In this document: positions 17,899 through 27,312 of the stretch, in pieces
Layout: every line of letters starts with the position of its first letter
Numbering within the stretch: position 1 is the first letter of the stretch
NCBI GenBank assembly: GCA_020833025.1
Contig: JAJHRB010000001.1
Location: 6,943-70,942 of the forward strand
DNA length: 64,000 nucleotides
DNA from: Thermoproteaceae archaeon
GTDB taxonomy: Archaea > Thermoproteota > Thermoprotei > Thermoproteales > Thermoproteaceae
Direction of reading: 5' to 3'
The notes under the pieces: model-generated
Seen by the model: only the letters and a program-made list of their open reading frames with translations
Told to the model about the DNA's origin: nothing
Database searches by the model: none
Translations under genes and position numbers: made by a program

Positions 17899-19242
17899 GT
17901 GGGCCTTCGCATTTACAGCTTATGCACGGCGTACAAGGACCTAACCGCGGGATCTCCCCGCGAGAGGGAGTTCCTCCAGCGCATCCTCACGCTTCTCGAC
18001 ACGCCGCGCCTCTGGTTTCACATATCGCCCGTTGAGGTGTTGTACTGGGAGGACGCAGGCGCCAGGCTTGAGGTCGGGGGCGAGGCCCTCGAGGGGCTCT
18101 CAATGCCGTACTCCAAACCGGCGTCGGTGGAGGGCAGGCTCGTCGCGCTGCGCGACAACGTGGAGGGCAATATCGTTGTAGAGAGACTGCCAGAGGACGT
18201 CGACGACGCCAAGTATATTGTCATAGAGGCAGCGCGCCGGGGCGCCGCCGCGGTGGTCTTTGCGGACGCGCCGCCGCGGAGGGTGGTCGTCACAGGCGAG
18301 CATGGCTTTAAGCTAGACGCTGCGCCGACGCCGATTTCCGTCGCGTGCATAGAGGGCGCCGATAGATATCTCGGCAAGCGCGCCAGGCTGGACGTGATGA
18401 CTAGGTCGAGGGTGACATACAGTTACAATCTCATTGCATTTAATTCATTTGAGGACACACCAATGATATCTGCGCACTGGGACCACTGGCTCACGGGCGC
18501 CGCGGATAACTGCGCCGGCGTTGAGGCCGCAATCACGGCGTTCATTGACCTCGTCTTAAGCGACGTGCCAATCGCACTGGGGCTCTTTACTGCAGAGGAG
18601 GGCGTGGCGCCGCATGTCCCGTCACTGTACTGGGCGTGGGGCTCGCTCAACTATCTCAGCAGGCGGGGGCCGACGCTTCTCGTGAACGTCGACGTTGTCG
18701 GCGTTGGGACCCCACGCATCTATGCCATGCCTTACTTGCACCACGCGCTGAGAGACCTGGCCCCGGTCGAGAGCCCAATACCCTACTTTGACAGCGTGCA
18801 CTACGAAATGTGGGGCATGCCGTCGCTGACGGTCTCCTCGCTGAGAGATGCATGGGGCATCTATCACAGCGCGCTGGACGTGCAAGCGTCTCTAGACAGC
18901 ATTATTCTGTCCGCGGAGCTGGCAAAGCGCGCAGCTAGAATCGAGCCGCGAGCGCCGCAAGTGAGTCTCGAAAAATACGGCCTTGCCAGAGTCGACGAGC
19001 CGTATCTAGCCTGGTCGCTCGTGTATAATTACCTGGTACTGTTCGAGGACTTCGCACACTCTGAAATTGTTTACACGGACGTATTTCAATTTTTAAAGAG
19101 CAAGGGGGGGAGGTACCGTAGAGTGGACCTGCTCGGAGGCCCCACGCTATGCTTGAATAACTGCGAGAGCGCACTTGATACTTATAGAGAGCTTGCACTG
19201 CTTGCGCTCTCCCGCGGGGCCCGCGGCCCTCGCGCAGCTTAG
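17899..19242 (+). CDS. M28-family metallopeptidase with a PA domain
   Basis: SAHWDHW, GAADNCAGV, AEEG, YHS..D. Confidence 0.8.
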   Translation: MGLRIYSLCTAYKDLTAGSPREREFLQRILTLLDTPRLWFHISPVEVLYWEDAGARLEVGGEALEGLSMPYSKPASVEGRLVALRDNVEGNIVVERLPEDVDDAKYIVIEAARRGAAAVVFADAPPRRVVVTGEHGFKLDAAPTPISVACIEGADRYLGKRARLDVMTRSRVTYSYNLIAFNSFEDTPMISAHWDHWLTGAADNCAGVEAAITAFIDLVLSDVPIALGLFTAEEGVAPHVPSLYWAWGSLNYLSRRGPTLLVNVDVVGVGTPRIYAMPYLHHALRDLAPVESPIPYFDSVHYEMWGMPSLTVSSLRDAWGIYHSALDVQASLDSIILSAELAKRAARIEPRAPQVSLEKYGLARVDEPYLAWSLVYNYLVLFEDFAHSEIVYTDVFQFLKSKGGRYRRVDLLGGPTLCLNNCESALDTYRELALLALSRGARGPRAA

Positions 19243-19709
19243 TGATTGAGCTCCTGCGGCCGCGCCTCGAGCACGCTCCTGAGGTAAGTTGACGACAGCC
19301 TGTTCCCGTACCCGTCTCGAACGGTTGATATCACTACGATATCCAGCGGCCTCATGCCTTGTCTCGCCCTTGCGTCGTTAATCTCGAAGGCCCTCGGGGC
19401 TGTCTCGACACTGACAACAATGGCATCGATTTGGTTGTCTGTCGCGGCAGGCCCGTAGGGATCGTCGAGCTCCACGTACGCGGCCTTCCTCTCTGGCGCT
19501 ATCAAGTCCATGAGACCTCTGACGCTCATGAGCCTGACGGTAAAGGGCCTAACCGCATATCGCTTTAAAGACGCCGCAAACCTGTCGCTCGTCACGCCGA
19601 CCCACACTCTCTCGCCAACTAGCGCCGCGGTTGCCAGCAGCTTTATGTGCCCCGAGTGCAGTGTGTCAAAGGTGCCGCCGACTGCCACACAGCGGAACCT
19701 CAGTCTCAT
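19239..19709 (-). CDS. coaD: Phosphopantetheine adenylyltransferase (archaeal type)
   Basis: GGTFDTLHSGH, DPYGP, VVSVET, LSSTYLR; start placed by TATA spacing. Confidence 0.88.
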   Translation of the reverse strand: MRLRFRCVAVGGTFDTLHSGHIKLLATAALVGERVWVGVTSDRFAASLKRYAVRPFTVRLMSVRGLMDLIAPERKAAYVELDDPYGPAATDNQIDAIVVSVETAPRAFEINDARARQGMRPLDIVVISTVRDGYGNRLSSTYLRSVLEARPQELNH

Positions 19710-19784
19710 GCGCGTTCTAGGCATGTGGCATAAAAGCTCGCCCCCAGCTGCCAATCTCAAATAATATCTTGCGAACACTCCCGC

Positions 19785-20429
19785 GTGAACACGCGCGCGC
19801 TAGAGAGACTCCTCTCCGAGAGCCCGCGCGCGCTCGATGCCAGGTACCGGCCCAGGGAGGTCATCTGCGAGCCGGTGCGCGCCCCGTTTGCAGTGCGTCT
19901 CGACGGCGTGAGCTTCGGCAAGAGGCTAAGAGACTTCGAGGCTCCCCGGAGTGCGTTCGTGCACGCCGCGCTTGTCGGCGCGGCGAGAGCTCTTGCCTCG
20001 ACTTATGGCGCTGAGATTGTTCACGTGGTGAGCGACGAGATAAACCTCGTGTTTCTCGCATCGGCGCCCTACGGCGGCAGAGCGGCTAAGGTCGTGAGCG
20101 TCCTCGCCGCGCACGCGTCAGCCGAGCTAACGGCAAAACTCGGCAGGCCTCTGTACTTCGATGGGAGGGCCCTCATGCTGGATGATGCTTGCGATGCTGC
20201 CAAGTATCTCATTTACCGGGCTAGAGTGGGGCTGAATAACTATGTAGTGAAGCTAGCCAGAATGTCCGGTCTCGTAAGCTCGCGCACTCCCAGGCTGGCA
20301 GAGCTGCTGGGCAGAGTGAAAATAGAGCGCGAGGACTTGGCCTGGGGCACGTTCATAGTTAAGGAGAGCGGGTATAGAGAGCATACCGATATTTGCGCCT
20401 TGGTGGCCCGTTTCTGCGGCTCATGCTAG
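19785..20429 (+). CDS. thg1: tRNA(His) guanylyltransferase Thg1-like protein
   Basis: VRLDG..F, VSDEIN, FDGR. Confidence 0.85.
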   Translation: MNTRALERLLSESPRALDARYRPREVICEPVRAPFAVRLDGVSFGKRLRDFEAPRSAFVHAALVGAARALASTYGAEIVHVVSDEINLVFLASAPYGGRAAKVVSVLAAHASAELTAKLGRPLYFDGRALMLDDACDAAKYLIYRARVGLNNYVVKLARMSGLVSSRTPRLAELLGRVKIEREDLAWGTFIVKESGYREHTDICALVARFCGSC

Positions 20430-20479
20430 GGTGCAGCTCAGCACGCCAGCGCGCCTTCTGCTCGGCTGGGATTGAGGTA

Positions 20480-21991
20480 TTACCTAAATTTCTCTTCGAG
20501 GTACCGCACTAGATACTCGGCGTTGTACGCCTCGCCGAAGCTACGCGCGAGAAGCTCCTTCGGCGCGTAAATGCTGCCCCACTTATGCACTTTCTCGCGT
20601 AGATACTCCCACAGCTGAGCGAAATTCCCTGACATCACAAGCTCCCCGACCCTTCCGTGTTTGTAGTATATCATTGCCGCGATGGCATTGCCTAGGGTGT
20701 ACGTGGGAAAGTAGCCGATGAGGCCGTTTGCCCAGTGAATGTCCTGCAGCACGCCCTCAGCGTCATTTCTCGGCCTAATGCCCAGGAGCCTCTCCATTTC
20801 ATAATTCCAGAGCTCTGGAAGTTGCGAGACCTTTATCTCGCCTGCCACCAGCATGCTTTCCAGCTTGTACCTCAGTAATACATGCAAGTTATAGGTCACC
20901 TCGTCGGACTCAACTCTGATGGGGTATGGCCTCACGGTATTGAAGTAATAAAATACGTCCTCTTCGGCGTAATCCGACATGAAGGGCAGGCACTCCCGCA
21001 GAACAGGCATTATAAGGGAGGCGAACTCGCGGCTCCTACCAACGAAATTCTCGACGAATCTTGACTGGCTCTCATGAAGCCCGAGAGAGTTAGGAGTCCC
21101 GACAGGCGTCATGAGCAAGGACTCATCAATGCCTAGACTGTAGAGCGCGTGGCCGTACTCATGAAGCGCTGAGAACAGCGTTTCTTTGAAGTTAACATCT
21201 CTATATCTCACGGTAATTCTTACATCGTAGCGCTGGGTGATTTCAATGCTAAAGGGGTGTGGCGACGTGTCTACTCTGAGCCTGTCCTTAGGGAGGCCGA
21301 GCATCTCGAGGGTCTTTACTACCAGCGCCTCTATCCTCTGCCTCTTGCACGGGACTCTCTCAAGCGGATGGCTTCTCGGCCAGCCCAGCGCCTCGAGCCT
21401 CCTCAGCAGCCCTTTAATGACGGGCTCCAGCGTGGAGAAAATCTGCTCGATGTCTCTGCGCGTGAGCCCCTCCTCGTACAAATCGAGTAGCGCGTCGTAG
21501 GGGTGCTCCTCGTAGCCGAGCCTCTCCGCGATAACTCTCGAGAGCTCGACTATTCTCTCTAGATGTGGCGCTAAGATTTCAAATCTTGATCTCTCCCTCG
21601 CCGCTCTCCACGCTACAGACGCCTCTGATGTTACTTTATTAAATTCTCTTATTACATCGGGAGGCACTCTCTGGAAATATTTTAATTCTCTACTTAGCAC
21701 TCTTATAATTCCTCTTTCGATATCTGTCAAGTCCTTTTCCTCCTTGGCGCGCTCGACGAGACGCACGAGCTTCTCGTCAAGCATAATCCGCTGGATTAAC
21801 TGCGCTATCTCTGCCCGCGCGATTGCGCGTCCCACGATCCCCTCACGCGGCATGTACGTCTCGAGGTCCCACTGCATTAGTGCCAGCGCGTGCTCCAGCG
21901 CCCAGATCGCTCGGTAGTGCTCGAGTATCTGCCTTACAGTCTCCGACCTTATGGCGGTGCTCTCTCGCCGCGGGGATGGCGCCGAAGTCAC
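20480..21991 (-). CDS. Carboxypeptidase, M32 (Taq/Pfu) family
   Basis: HEYGH zinc motif, HPF, HESQS, QDIHW, YFPTYTLG. Confidence 0.93.
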   Translation of the reverse strand: MTSAPSPRRESTAIRSETVRQILEHYRAIWALEHALALMQWDLETYMPREGIVGRAIARAEIAQLIQRIMLDEKLVRLVERAKEEKDLTDIERGIIRVLSRELKYFQRVPPDVIREFNKVTSEASVAWRAARERSRFEILAPHLERIVELSRVIAERLGYEEHPYDALLDLYEEGLTRRDIEQIFSTLEPVIKGLLRRLEALGWPRSHPLERVPCKRQRIEALVVKTLEMLGLPKDRLRVDTSPHPFSIEITQRYDVRITVRYRDVNFKETLFSALHEYGHALYSLGIDESLLMTPVGTPNSLGLHESQSRFVENFVGRSREFASLIMPVLRECLPFMSDYAEEDVFYYFNTVRPYPIRVESDEVTYNLHVLLRYKLESMLVAGEIKVSQLPELWNYEMERLLGIRPRNDAEGVLQDIHWANGLIGYFPTYTLGNAIAAMIYYKHGRVGELVMSGNFAQLWEYLREKVHKWGSIYAPKELLARSFGEAYNAEYLVRYLEEKFR

Positions 21992-22167
21992 GCCCTCCCG
22001 GCCTTGAGCCCTCCGAGGAGAGCCCTGACACTCGTGCCGCCAGTCAGCAGCCCTATCGCACCGCTGAGGACTGCTCCGGTGCCTGCCGGCATTTCAATCC
22101 TGGCCCGCAATTTCTCCCGCGTGCCCGGCCCGAGCTTAGTGACCTTGAGGCGTCCCTTACTAGTCAC
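21988..22167 (-). CDS. Candidate 59-aa small protein (basic N-terminus, Gly-rich hydrophobic C-terminus), below the ORF-track cutoff
   Basis: Manual translation MTSKGRLKVTKLGPGTREKLRARIEMPAGTGAVLSGAIGLLTGGTSVRALLGGLKAGRA; its stop overlaps the carboxypeptidase GTG (GTGA). Confidence 0.4.
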   Translation of the reverse strand: MTSKGRLKVTKLGPGTREKLRARIEMPAGTGAVLSGAIGLLTGGTSVRALLGGLKAGRA

Positions 22168-22258
22168 GCCAGTAGGTTAATGATACAAAAAGAGCAGGAC
22201 GGAGGCCGGCACAGCCGGCTCACGCAGCATCCTGCCGCGCACGTGCGGCTCAACTCGG

Positions 22259-24385
22259 CTAGTGGGGACGGCTTGAGAGCAGCTGGCGCGCCTGCTCGAC
22301 TATAGACTCGGCGAGTCTCTCGCCGAATCCGGGCAGGGATGCTATCTCGCGCGGGGATGCGGCCGCGACGTCCCTCAGCGTCCTGTAGCCAAAGTTGTGC
22401 AGCACTCTGGCCCTGACCCTGCCGATGCCTGCAAGCGACGTGACGAGCTCCAGCAACTCCTCTCTGACGCCGTACTTGACCCGCAGCGTCACGGTCCTGA
22501 GCCCGCGCTCGTGCTCCCTAAGGCCGAGCATTCCGGCGAGTCTCGACGCAGCGCCTCCCAGCCACTCAAAGAGGTCTATGTAAACGCGCAGGTCTCCCGG
22601 CGCGACGTCAAACTCCCTGAATATCTCATCCTCGTCCCCCTCCTCAATCCACGCCATCAGCATTGCAGCAGCTCTCACTACGTCCTCGAACTCCTCACCC
22701 GGCCAGGCCCCAAGCGCCGAGGCTATCTCCTCGGCTATTCTCTCATCTGCGGCGCCGCGCCTCACTCTGGGAAAGTCGGGCGCCGTGAGTACTATGTAGA
22801 GGTACGCCGGAGTGCTAGGCCTCTTGAGCGACCTAATCATGTTGATGTACCCGGCCGCGACCTCTGGATCCAGATAAAGCCTCGCGACGTGCCTCCCGAG
22901 CTCTGTTGCGTAGATCCTGCCCCCCTCGCGCCTTATGAAGCCCCACTTCTCCAGGCTCTCCACCGCTCTCGTTATCTCTGCCTTGAGCAGTGCGCGCCTG
23001 CCCCGCAATTTAAGCTGGTGAAAGCCGAGCGTGTTCGAGAAGAACGCGACAAGGTCCTCGACAAGCCCGGCATACCCCCCGCCCACTGCTCCCAGCACGT
23101 GCGACCTCAAGCACGGCTCGCTGAGTATGTGCGATTTCACGGGCTCCACGCCTCCCCTCACGTACCTCACCATGAGGTACTCGAGCTCCCTCCTGCTCCT
23201 CGCCACTATTACCGCCTCGCCGTAGGGATCGAGCCCGGGCCTCCCAGCGCGCCCCGCCATCTGCTTGTACTCGAGAACTGGTATCTCCTCGCGCCCGACC
23301 GCGGGATCGTACCTCTCGTGGCTGGCCACCACGACTCTACGCGCCGGCAGATTAACGCCGGCCGCCAGCGTTGTGGTGGCCACTACAACCTTTATGACTC
23401 CACGCCTGAAGCCCTCCTCTACGAGTCTCCTGACCTCAAGCTCCAGCCCAGCGTTGTGGAAGGCGACGCCCCTCCTGATGACCTCGGCGAGCTCCCTGCC
23501 TATAATCTTGCTGGACGACGCGCGCGCCACTTCCCCGGCGAGTCTGTGCGCCTCCGCAGCGTCGACGAGCCTAGAGGGGTGAGACGCGATGGCGCTTGCT
23601 ATCGCTCTGGCCAGCCGCACGGTTGATGGCCTGCTGTTCGTGAACACCAGCGCCTGCCCGCCGCCGAGCACGGCATCAAGCGCGAGGGCGACCTCAGCCT
23701 CGCCGCTCACGGCAACCCGCAGCCTTGTCCCGTCGGCGAAGACTATCTCGCCGTTGTGGTAAACGCCCTCTCTGAGGGGCACGGGCCTCCAGCTGGACGT
23801 CACGAGTGCCGCGCCCAGCCACTCTGCGACCTCGCCGGCATTTCCCACCGTGGCGCTCAGCCCGACGAACTGCGCGCGGAGTCTTAGGTGCTTCAGCTTT
23901 GCGACTATCGACTCCAGCACCGGCCCGCGCTTCGGGTCCCCGAGGTAGTGAACCTCATCGATTATCACCGCGCCGACCGAGCCGAGCCAGCCTGGCCTCT
24001 GCCTAAGCACGCTGTCGAGCTTTTCGTACGTCATTACAATCACTTCATACTCATCCAGCTTTCTGTCCTCGAAGCCGAAGTCCCCCGTGGACACACCAAC
24101 GCGCGCGAGTCCGCCGTAGTGAGAGAAGTGGACAAGCTTCTCGTACGCGAGAGCCTTGAGAGGCACCGCATAAATAGCCATTCCGCCCTCCAGCGCCGTC
24201 TTCACAGCCACTATCTCGGCAAGCAGCGACTTCCCTGACGCTGTCGCCGTGCACAGCACTATGCTCCTCCCGTTGAGAATTCCGGCCTTGACGGCCTCCT
24301 CCTGGGGCGGGAACAGCTTTCTAACGCCTCTCTGCCTTAGCGCGTCTACAAGCCTGGCGTCAAGCGGTAACTCCGAGACCTCCAT
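22259..24385 (-). CDS. hel308: SF2 Ski2-like DNA helicase Hel308/Hjm
   Basis: ATASGKS, DEVH, SAT, AFHNAGL, QMAGRAGRPG, C-terminal HhH. Confidence 0.93.
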   Translation of the reverse strand: MEVSELPLDARLVDALRQRGVRKLFPPQEEAVKAGILNGRSIVLCTATASGKSLLAEIVAVKTALEGGMAIYAVPLKALAYEKLVHFSHYGGLARVGVSTGDFGFEDRKLDEYEVIVMTYEKLDSVLRQRPGWLGSVGAVIIDEVHYLGDPKRGPVLESIVAKLKHLRLRAQFVGLSATVGNAGEVAEWLGAALVTSSWRPVPLREGVYHNGEIVFADGTRLRVAVSGEAEVALALDAVLGGGQALVFTNSRPSTVRLARAIASAIASHPSRLVDAAEAHRLAGEVARASSSKIIGRELAEVIRRGVAFHNAGLELEVRRLVEEGFRRGVIKVVVATTTLAAGVNLPARRVVVASHERYDPAVGREEIPVLEYKQMAGRAGRPGLDPYGEAVIVARSRRELEYLMVRYVRGGVEPVKSHILSEPCLRSHVLGAVGGGYAGLVEDLVAFFSNTLGFHQLKLRGRRALLKAEITRAVESLEKWGFIRREGGRIYATELGRHVARLYLDPEVAAGYINMIRSLKRPSTPAYLYIVLTAPDFPRVRRGAADERIAEEIASALGAWPGEEFEDVVRAAAMLMAWIEEGDEDEIFREFDVAPGDLRVYIDLFEWLGGAASRLAGMLGLREHERGLRTVTLRVKYGVREELLELVTSLAGIGRVRARVLHNFGYRTLRDVAAASPREIASLPGFGERLAESIVEQARQLLSSRPH

Positions 24386-24411
24386 GCCCGCAGCCGGCAG
24401 ACCCGGCGGGA

Positions 24412-24867
24412 TTACTCAATGATGAGGTCTGGCGTTGCGTACCACGCGAGGGCCCACCTGCCCTCAGCCCCCCTCACGAGAGCCACAACGCCCGAGTACC
24501 TGAACTTTATAATCTCCCTGGAGGGATCCCCGAGGAGCAAGAGCGAGGCCAGTCTGGAGAGGTGCGGCAGGTGCCCAACCAGCATCACGTCATCGAGAGT
24601 GGAGAGCCTCGACGCCCATATGCCTGGATCGTCACTAGGCCCCAGCCCCGTCTCCTCTCTCGCGCTGCACCTGAGATGCCTAGCAAAGATCTCGGCTGTT
24701 TGTCTGGCCCTGGCCCTCCCGCTGTGCACTATCTCGCGCACTCTAATGCCAGCACGCGCGAGGAACCTCGCTACTCTCTCGGTCTCGGCAGCGCCCTCTG
24801 GCGTCAGTCTCCTTTCCGGGTCCTCAGCCTCACTGTAGGCCTTGCCGTGCTGTGCCAGTAGTATCAC
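24412..24867 (-). CDS. SixA-like histidine phosphatase
   Basis: QHG(K)A, R.LT..G, SG..RA.QTA, VGHLPHL. Confidence 0.75.
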   Translation of the reverse strand: MILLAQHGKAYSEAEDPERRLTPEGAAETERVARFLARAGIRVREIVHSGRARARQTAEIFARHLRCSAREETGLGPSDDPGIWASRLSTLDDVMLVGHLPHLSRLASLLLLGDPSREIIKFRYSGVVALVRGAEGRWALAWYATPDLIIE

Positions 24868-24962
24868 AGACTCTCGCACGGGCGCATTTTAAGGCTTTGC
24901 CAAGCCTGCCGCAACTGACAGTTGAAAGAATTGCAGCTATATTAGCGCTTGCATCGAGGGGC

Positions 24963-25679
24963 GTGAGGAGAAGGAGGCTCGGGCAGCACTTCCTCCGCGA
25001 CAGATCGGTCGCGGAGTATATAGTGAGCCTGGTGCCGCCCGGCCTTGATGTCATAGAAATCGGGCCGGGCAGGGGGGCCCTGACGCTTCCCCTCGCGCGC
25101 AAGTCAAGGACTGTGTATGCGATAGAGGTCGACAGGAGGCTCGCAGAGACCCTCAGGATGCTCGCGCCGCAGAACGTCGTGGTGATAGAGGGAGACGCGC
25201 TTGAGGTCGAGTGGCCCCGGGCGGATTTCGCGACTTCTAACGTGCCATACTCCATAACGTCGCCGCTCCTGCTGAAGCTCGCAAGGCACAGGCTCCCGGC
25301 CGTGCTCACGGTCCAGCGCGAGGTGGCCGAGCGCCTCGCGGCGGGGCCCGGCGATGAGAACTACGGGAGGCTCACAGTGGCTGTTAGGTGCCATTATGAT
25401 GTCGAGATTCTGCGAATTCTGCCGCCGTGGGTCTTCGAGCCGCCCCCGAAGGTTTACTCCGCCGTGATCAGGCTCATGCCAAGAGAGCCGTGCGTTGACG
25501 ACTTTGACGGCTTTCAGAGCTTTACGGCGTGGCTCTTCTCGGCCAGGCGGAAGACGCTGAGGAGGCTGGGTCTCGCAGAATCAGAGAGAAGGGTGCATCA
25601 GCTCTCCTTGCGGGAGATCGCCGAGCTCTATGAGTCCGTGACGCGCGCGGCCGCGCCAGGGCGGCGGGGGGCGGCATAG
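24963..25679 (+). CDS. rsmA: 16S rRNA adenine dimethyltransferase KsgA/Dim1
   Basis: LGQHFL, EIGPGRG, NVPY, PPPKVYS. Confidence 0.92.
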   Translation: MRRRRLGQHFLRDRSVAEYIVSLVPPGLDVIEIGPGRGALTLPLARKSRTVYAIEVDRRLAETLRMLAPQNVVVIEGDALEVEWPRADFATSNVPYSITSPLLLKLARHRLPAVLTVQREVAERLAAGPGDENYGRLTVAVRCHYDVEILRILPPWVFEPPPKVYSAVIRLMPREPCVDDFDGFQSFTAWLFSARRKTLRRLGLAESERRVHQLSLREIAELYESVTRAAAPGRRGAA

Positions 25680-25691
25680 TGCGGCGCGGGC

Positions 25692-26555
25692 GTGCCGCTG
25701 CTAAAGCTCGTGTTCCTTGGCACCGGCGGCGCGGTTCCGAGGCCCGGGAGTGCGCTGCCAGCGATATACCTAGAGGACTGGCTCGGCAATAGAGTGCTGC
25801 TTGACGCAGGCGAGGGCGCTCAGTACAGGCTGCTGGAGGCTGGCGTGTCCCCCGCCTCGCTGACTCTCATCGCGGTGACCCACATGCACGAGGATCACGT
25901 GCTCGGCCTCCCTGGCACTCTGGCCACAGCGTCACTTTTCGGCGGCAGGCCGGTCGTGCTCGCGCCGAGATCTGCCCACGACGTGCTCAGGGGGCTTGGA
26001 GTCGAGGTGATGGAGCGATATGAGTCGCGCCGCTTCCGGGTCTCGTGCGTTCGGACGTGCCACACCATTGATGCATGCGGTTGGCTCCTTGAGTGGGATG
26101 CCGGCATTAAGTTCAGCCGCGATAAGATAGCGGAGCTCCCAAGGTGGGCCGTGGCGGCGCTGGCCAGGGGCGAGGCCGTCGAGGTGGGAGGCAGGGTCAT
26201 AAGGCAGGATGACGTGGTGGAGGGCCGCCAGAGGAGGTTCAAGCGCCTCCTGTACACTGGAGACACGGCCCCATGTCCGGAGGTGTGGAGCGCCGTCGGG
26301 GAGGTCGATGTGTTAATACACGAGGCGGCGTTCGCAGATGACGTGAGCCCGCGGAAGGCGCACAGAGAGGGGCACTCGACAATAGTCGACGCGGTAGAGG
26401 CCGCGAGGGCGCTCAGGGCCAGAGTGCTCGTGGTTACGCACGTAAGCGCGAGATATCCGGACAAGAGTAGACATAAAGCACTTGCCAGGGTGGTCAGGCC
26501 GCCGCCTTACGTCTACGTGCCTGACGACATGGACGCGCTCCTCATATCTCTCTGA
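25692..26555 (+). CDS. rnz: Ribonuclease Z
   Basis: FLGTGG..P, THMHEDH, GDT..C, HEA.F, GHST, THVS. Confidence 0.9.
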   Translation: MPLLKLVFLGTGGAVPRPGSALPAIYLEDWLGNRVLLDAGEGAQYRLLEAGVSPASLTLIAVTHMHEDHVLGLPGTLATASLFGGRPVVLAPRSAHDVLRGLGVEVMERYESRRFRVSCVRTCHTIDACGWLLEWDAGIKFSRDKIAELPRWAVAALARGEAVEVGGRVIRQDDVVEGRQRRFKRLLYTGDTAPCPEVWSAVGEVDVLIHEAAFADDVSPRKAHREGHSTIVDAVEAARALRARVLVVTHVSARYPDKSRHKALARVVRPPPYVYVPDDMDALLISL

Positions 26556-26557
26556 AC

Positions 26558-27310
26558 TCACACTCTGACTGCCACGTAAATTACCGTCGTGGAGAGGGGC
26601 GCCAGGCACTTCAGCACGTCAAACTTCTCAAAGAACTTCAGCCTGAAGCCCCTTTGCAGGAGTCTCGACGGGAGGGGCGGGAGCAAGTACACGGGCCTTG
26701 CCTCGACGAGCTTAAAACCGGCCCGTCTCATTGACGATACCACATGAAAGTATGAGTAGTAAGTGAACGGCACCTCTCTGCCGGAGAACTCCCACACTCC
26801 CCTGACGGCACCTCTGATGAGTGCCGCGAGCAGCTTACGCACTCCCTGGTATATCGCGTACTCGAAGAACATGTCGAGACACACCGCATTGTCGATATCA
26901 GCAATGAACACGCCGCCGCGCTTAAGCACGCAAGCAGCGGAAGTAAACGCGGCATCTGTGTCGGGCAGGTGGTTGTAGACGCTGCCAAGCGCCACCACCG
27001 CATCAAAGCTCTCGCACTTGAAGGGCAGCGACGCGGCGTCTCCTTGTATTCTCTCATCACACGGCTTGCACCTCTTCAGCGACGCGCATGATATATCAAG
27101 CGACGTGACGTGGGCGCCCCTGCGCCTCAGGTAGATGCTCCAGAACCCAGTCCCCGCCCCGACGTCAAGGACGCGCGTCCGCGGCTTTATATATGCATCC
27201 AGCACGTTGCCAATCTTCATGTACAGCGTCCTGTAGTACTCCGAGCCGAGATACAAGCTCTCGTAAAACAGCGCTATCGAGTCGTAATACTCCGCTACCC
27301 TATTCCTCAC
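26558..27310 (-). CDS. Class I SAM-dependent methyltransferase
   Basis: VLDVGAGTG motif I, GDA..LPF...FD. Confidence 0.85.
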   Translation of the reverse strand: MRNRVAEYYDSIALFYESLYLGSEYYRTLYMKIGNVLDAYIKPRTRVLDVGAGTGFWSIYLRRRGAHVTSLDISCASLKRCKPCDERIQGDAASLPFKCESFDAVVALGSVYNHLPDTDAAFTSAACVLKRGGVFIADIDNAVCLDMFFEYAIYQGVRKLLAALIRGAVRGVWEFSGREVPFTYYSYFHVVSSMRRAGFKLVEARPVYLLPPLPSRLLQRGFRLKFFEKFDVLKCLAPLSTTVIYVAVRV

Positions 27311-27312
27311 CG

